From NCBI GenBank assembly GCA_965153285.1, contig OZ229121.1: a stretch of 64,000 nucleotides of DNA. One strand, 5' to 3'. A program made the position numbers and the translations under genes. Below are positions 61,321 through 64,000 of the stretch, one piece after another (the stretch's first letter is position 1; each line of letters starts with the position of its first letter). The notes beneath the pieces are model-generated. The model worked only from the letters and a program-made list of their open reading frames with translations. It made no database searches and was not told where the DNA came from. The stretch comes from Podarcis tiliguerta (taxonomy: Eukaryota).

Positions 61321-63749
61321 AACTTTGTAATGGCAAACAGGCGTGTTCTGATTGGTTGGGAGGGCAGTGTCCCTCCACAGTCTGCACTATCCCCCGCTCT
61401 CCCCCTTCTGCAGCCTGGAAAAAATGCAGAAATGCAGTGTGCCATTTTATACAGGCTTTAAAAACACACCCCAAACCCAGCCACCGAAAGCATAGGCATC
61501 ACATTTTTTTGTGTGACACTGCAAAACAAGAGCTCCCCCAAAAGCTTTACCAAAAAAAAAAATTTTAAGGTCTCCTTCAGTACATATAAACGTGTCCTTG
61601 GGGTGCAGAGAAAAGAGGGAAAGAAAAGAGACGCACAAAAATAATCCACACAGGGGGGCTGGGCCATTTCCCCCTCCCACCTCAATTCTTTCTTCTAAAA
61701 TCACGTCCAACTGTGAAACAAGGCAATTGCCCAGCCGCCCCCACCCCGGTCAAGGAACCTAGAACCATTTTTATTATTATTATTTTAATGTAAAGAAATG
61801 AGTTTGCCTGAATGATATCACCTAAAAAAGCCAGTCACGCCTGGAACAAAAATCCATGACTCCTTGATACAGAATTTGAGAGGCTGCTGCAACAGTAGGA
61901 AAGGTTTCCTTCCCCCCTCACAAATCTGCTTACCTACCGTCATAGGCAGAGAGCCAAGAATATTAATTTCAATAGATACATCCATTGTGGTAGGCATAGT
62001 TATTCTACAAAGAATGTTTAAAATCCCCTCCTTATACTGACTGACAGAATTCTACCATGCTGCCCACAAACAAAATGGCTGTGGCACTGAGTTTTTTTGG
62101 ATCCTCCCACCGTGCTTCTCCCCCCGCGGCCTCCGGGAAGTGGTAGAAATCCAAAATAAATCAGTACTCCAAGTACAATGCCCAATCCAAACTCCCCATG
62201 ACATCGGGAAAGGCGAGGGGCTCTGAGAAGACGCGGTCCTATCTTGAAGGGATTTTTAAAAATTGTTTAAAAATGTGCATCAATCATTGGGAATTTACAT
62301 GGCAGTGTAATCCGAACTTCCTGCTTTACATATGTATGAGGTCTTTCACCTATCTTGGCAGGCTTTCAAATTAAGTGGGCTGGGAAATTTGATGCTGTGT
62401 ATCTTCAGTTGCGAGCTGAGTCAGGTACTCAGTCGCTGTGTGCTGGTAAAAATGAAGGCGAAACGCCTGGCCTAACAAAGGAAAAAAGAGAGAGAGAAAT
62501 CAAAATCTGGCAACCCCAACCCTCCATTTCCCCTTTCACTCTTTTGGAGGGTATATTTAATTAAGCAAGGCAAGTTACTATGAATGTGGACTCTCTACAA
62601 AAGTACAAACATGGAACTTTGTGTCTTAAGTGTTTTGTATAATTATTTGTGTGTATGCTATATGCATTTATGACTTCAACTGATATTATTTCTTTGTGAT
62701 CAACCATAAATGTTAGTTCTGTCCAGTTCTTTACACTAAAGGGAAATATTGTTTATTCAAATTTAATTTACTGGCAATTTATTTCAAACCTTGAAACATT
62801 AGATATGACACATTTCAGGTGCCAATTCTCCAGAACCTGCAATGCTCCCCACTGAGTTCTCATGGGTGTTGTTTACTTCAATGAAAGGTATTTTATTAGA
62901 AAGCCTCAAAACACTTATAAAATAGTCCCCATTGAAGACTACTCTTGATCACAAGAATTGTGACTTTATAATGCAAGCTATAAACTACTTAAGCCAGAAT
63001 GTTTTCACTTAAATTAGCTTAACTCCACTGGTGGCAGTAATAAACTTCAGTAGGACCAAGCTGGTTTAATAGATTTCAATGGAATATATTTACAAACAAG
63101 CATTTTATTCAAATTTCAGTTTTGCAACCTAATTTCAAAAGGCTGTTTTAGCTGAAACAGTAATACCCACATTACCCCCCCCCCCACACATTTATACTAC
63201 TGTAGCATAAACTACATTGTATCCTCTGAGCCCCCACTCTGCTCATGACATTTCAATACACAGAAAGCCTTTTAATTTCCCTTTGTTTGGAAAATACTGG
63301 TATTGAACAAAAGATACAGAACCTTTTGATTCTGTGATGGGTCATAAGTGGAACCAAATATTTATTGCAAACTAATAAAAAATAATAATGTTTTAATACT
63401 GTTATGAACCACCATGGGATTAGTAACATGAAAGGGCAGGATATAATTTAATAAATATGCAAACTTATTTCACAGCAGTACGGATGGTGGCTGTGCCAGC
63501 TCTCTGGCACTGGTGCTTTCATATGTTAAATCCCATTAGATACTGCTTTAGTATTTCAGCACAAAGGACTAGGTCATATGTAACAAAATCAAAAGCTTGA
63601 ATATACATTTCTGGATTGATTTATGCATGCAGTGCCAGCCCAAGACATTTTGGCACATGAGGTAGACCCCAAAATTGCACGCGCACACACACACACCCTG
63701 CCAGGGAAGAAGGGGTGAGAGAAGATCTACATCATGAACAACCAGAGAA

Positions 63750-63968
63750 GGAAGATCAACATAGGGATCTGTTGCCCTGGGGAATCCTGCCACCTGAGGC
63801 ACTCACCTCACCTTGCCTTATGGGTGAGCCAGCCCTGAATAAAGATCTACAGCAAGATCTGCTGCCCCTGTGGATTCAGCTGCCTGAAGCAGTTGCATCA
63901 CCTTACCTCATGGGTGGGCTGGTTCTGAATAAAGATCTACTTTGGGATCTGCTACCCAGTGGAATCCG
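63750..63968. repeat. Tandem repeat of 90-bp period (about 2.4 copies)
   Basis: GATCTG at 63766, 63856 and 63946, each preceded by AAGATC(T/A)AC. The unit is similar to a dispersed repeat at 5253-5328. Confidence 0.75.
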
Positions 63969-64000
63969 TATGGACTGTGCATGTGCGGTGACCATACAGG

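Noticed and set aside
63750-63968. CRISPR-like repeat-spacer pattern
   Set aside because: Vertebrate DNA, the 'spacers' are homologous to each other, and there are no cas genes.

Overview
Vertebrate genomic DNA from a squamate reptile, probably a lacertid lizard given the Sauria/Squam SINEs, L2 ends and MITEs. The window holds the whole coding structure of EPC1 (Enhancer of Polycomb 1, NuA4/TIP60 subunit) on the minus strand: 15 GT-AG exons from ATG 47392 to TAG 12033. This gives 842 aa with cassette exon 12 or 813 aa without it; 55 codons of exon 10 fall in an N gap. There is a CpG-island promoter with uORFs near 47.4-47.8 kb and a probable second, distal promoter/first exon near 61.0-61.4 kb. 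Between the two promoters, on the plus strand, lies an intronless, disabled, strongly diverged copy of the Tudor and C-terminal part of long ALG13 (about 50.67-52.29 kb). EPC1 intron 10 contains a candidate stop-introducing (poison) exon carrying mutually exclusive RNA stems (about 23.17-23.34 kb). The rest is intronic or intergenic DNA with SINEs, L2 3' ends, hAT and Tigger-like MITEs and microsatellites. Homology calls rest on my recall of human proteins and RNAs, not on database searches.
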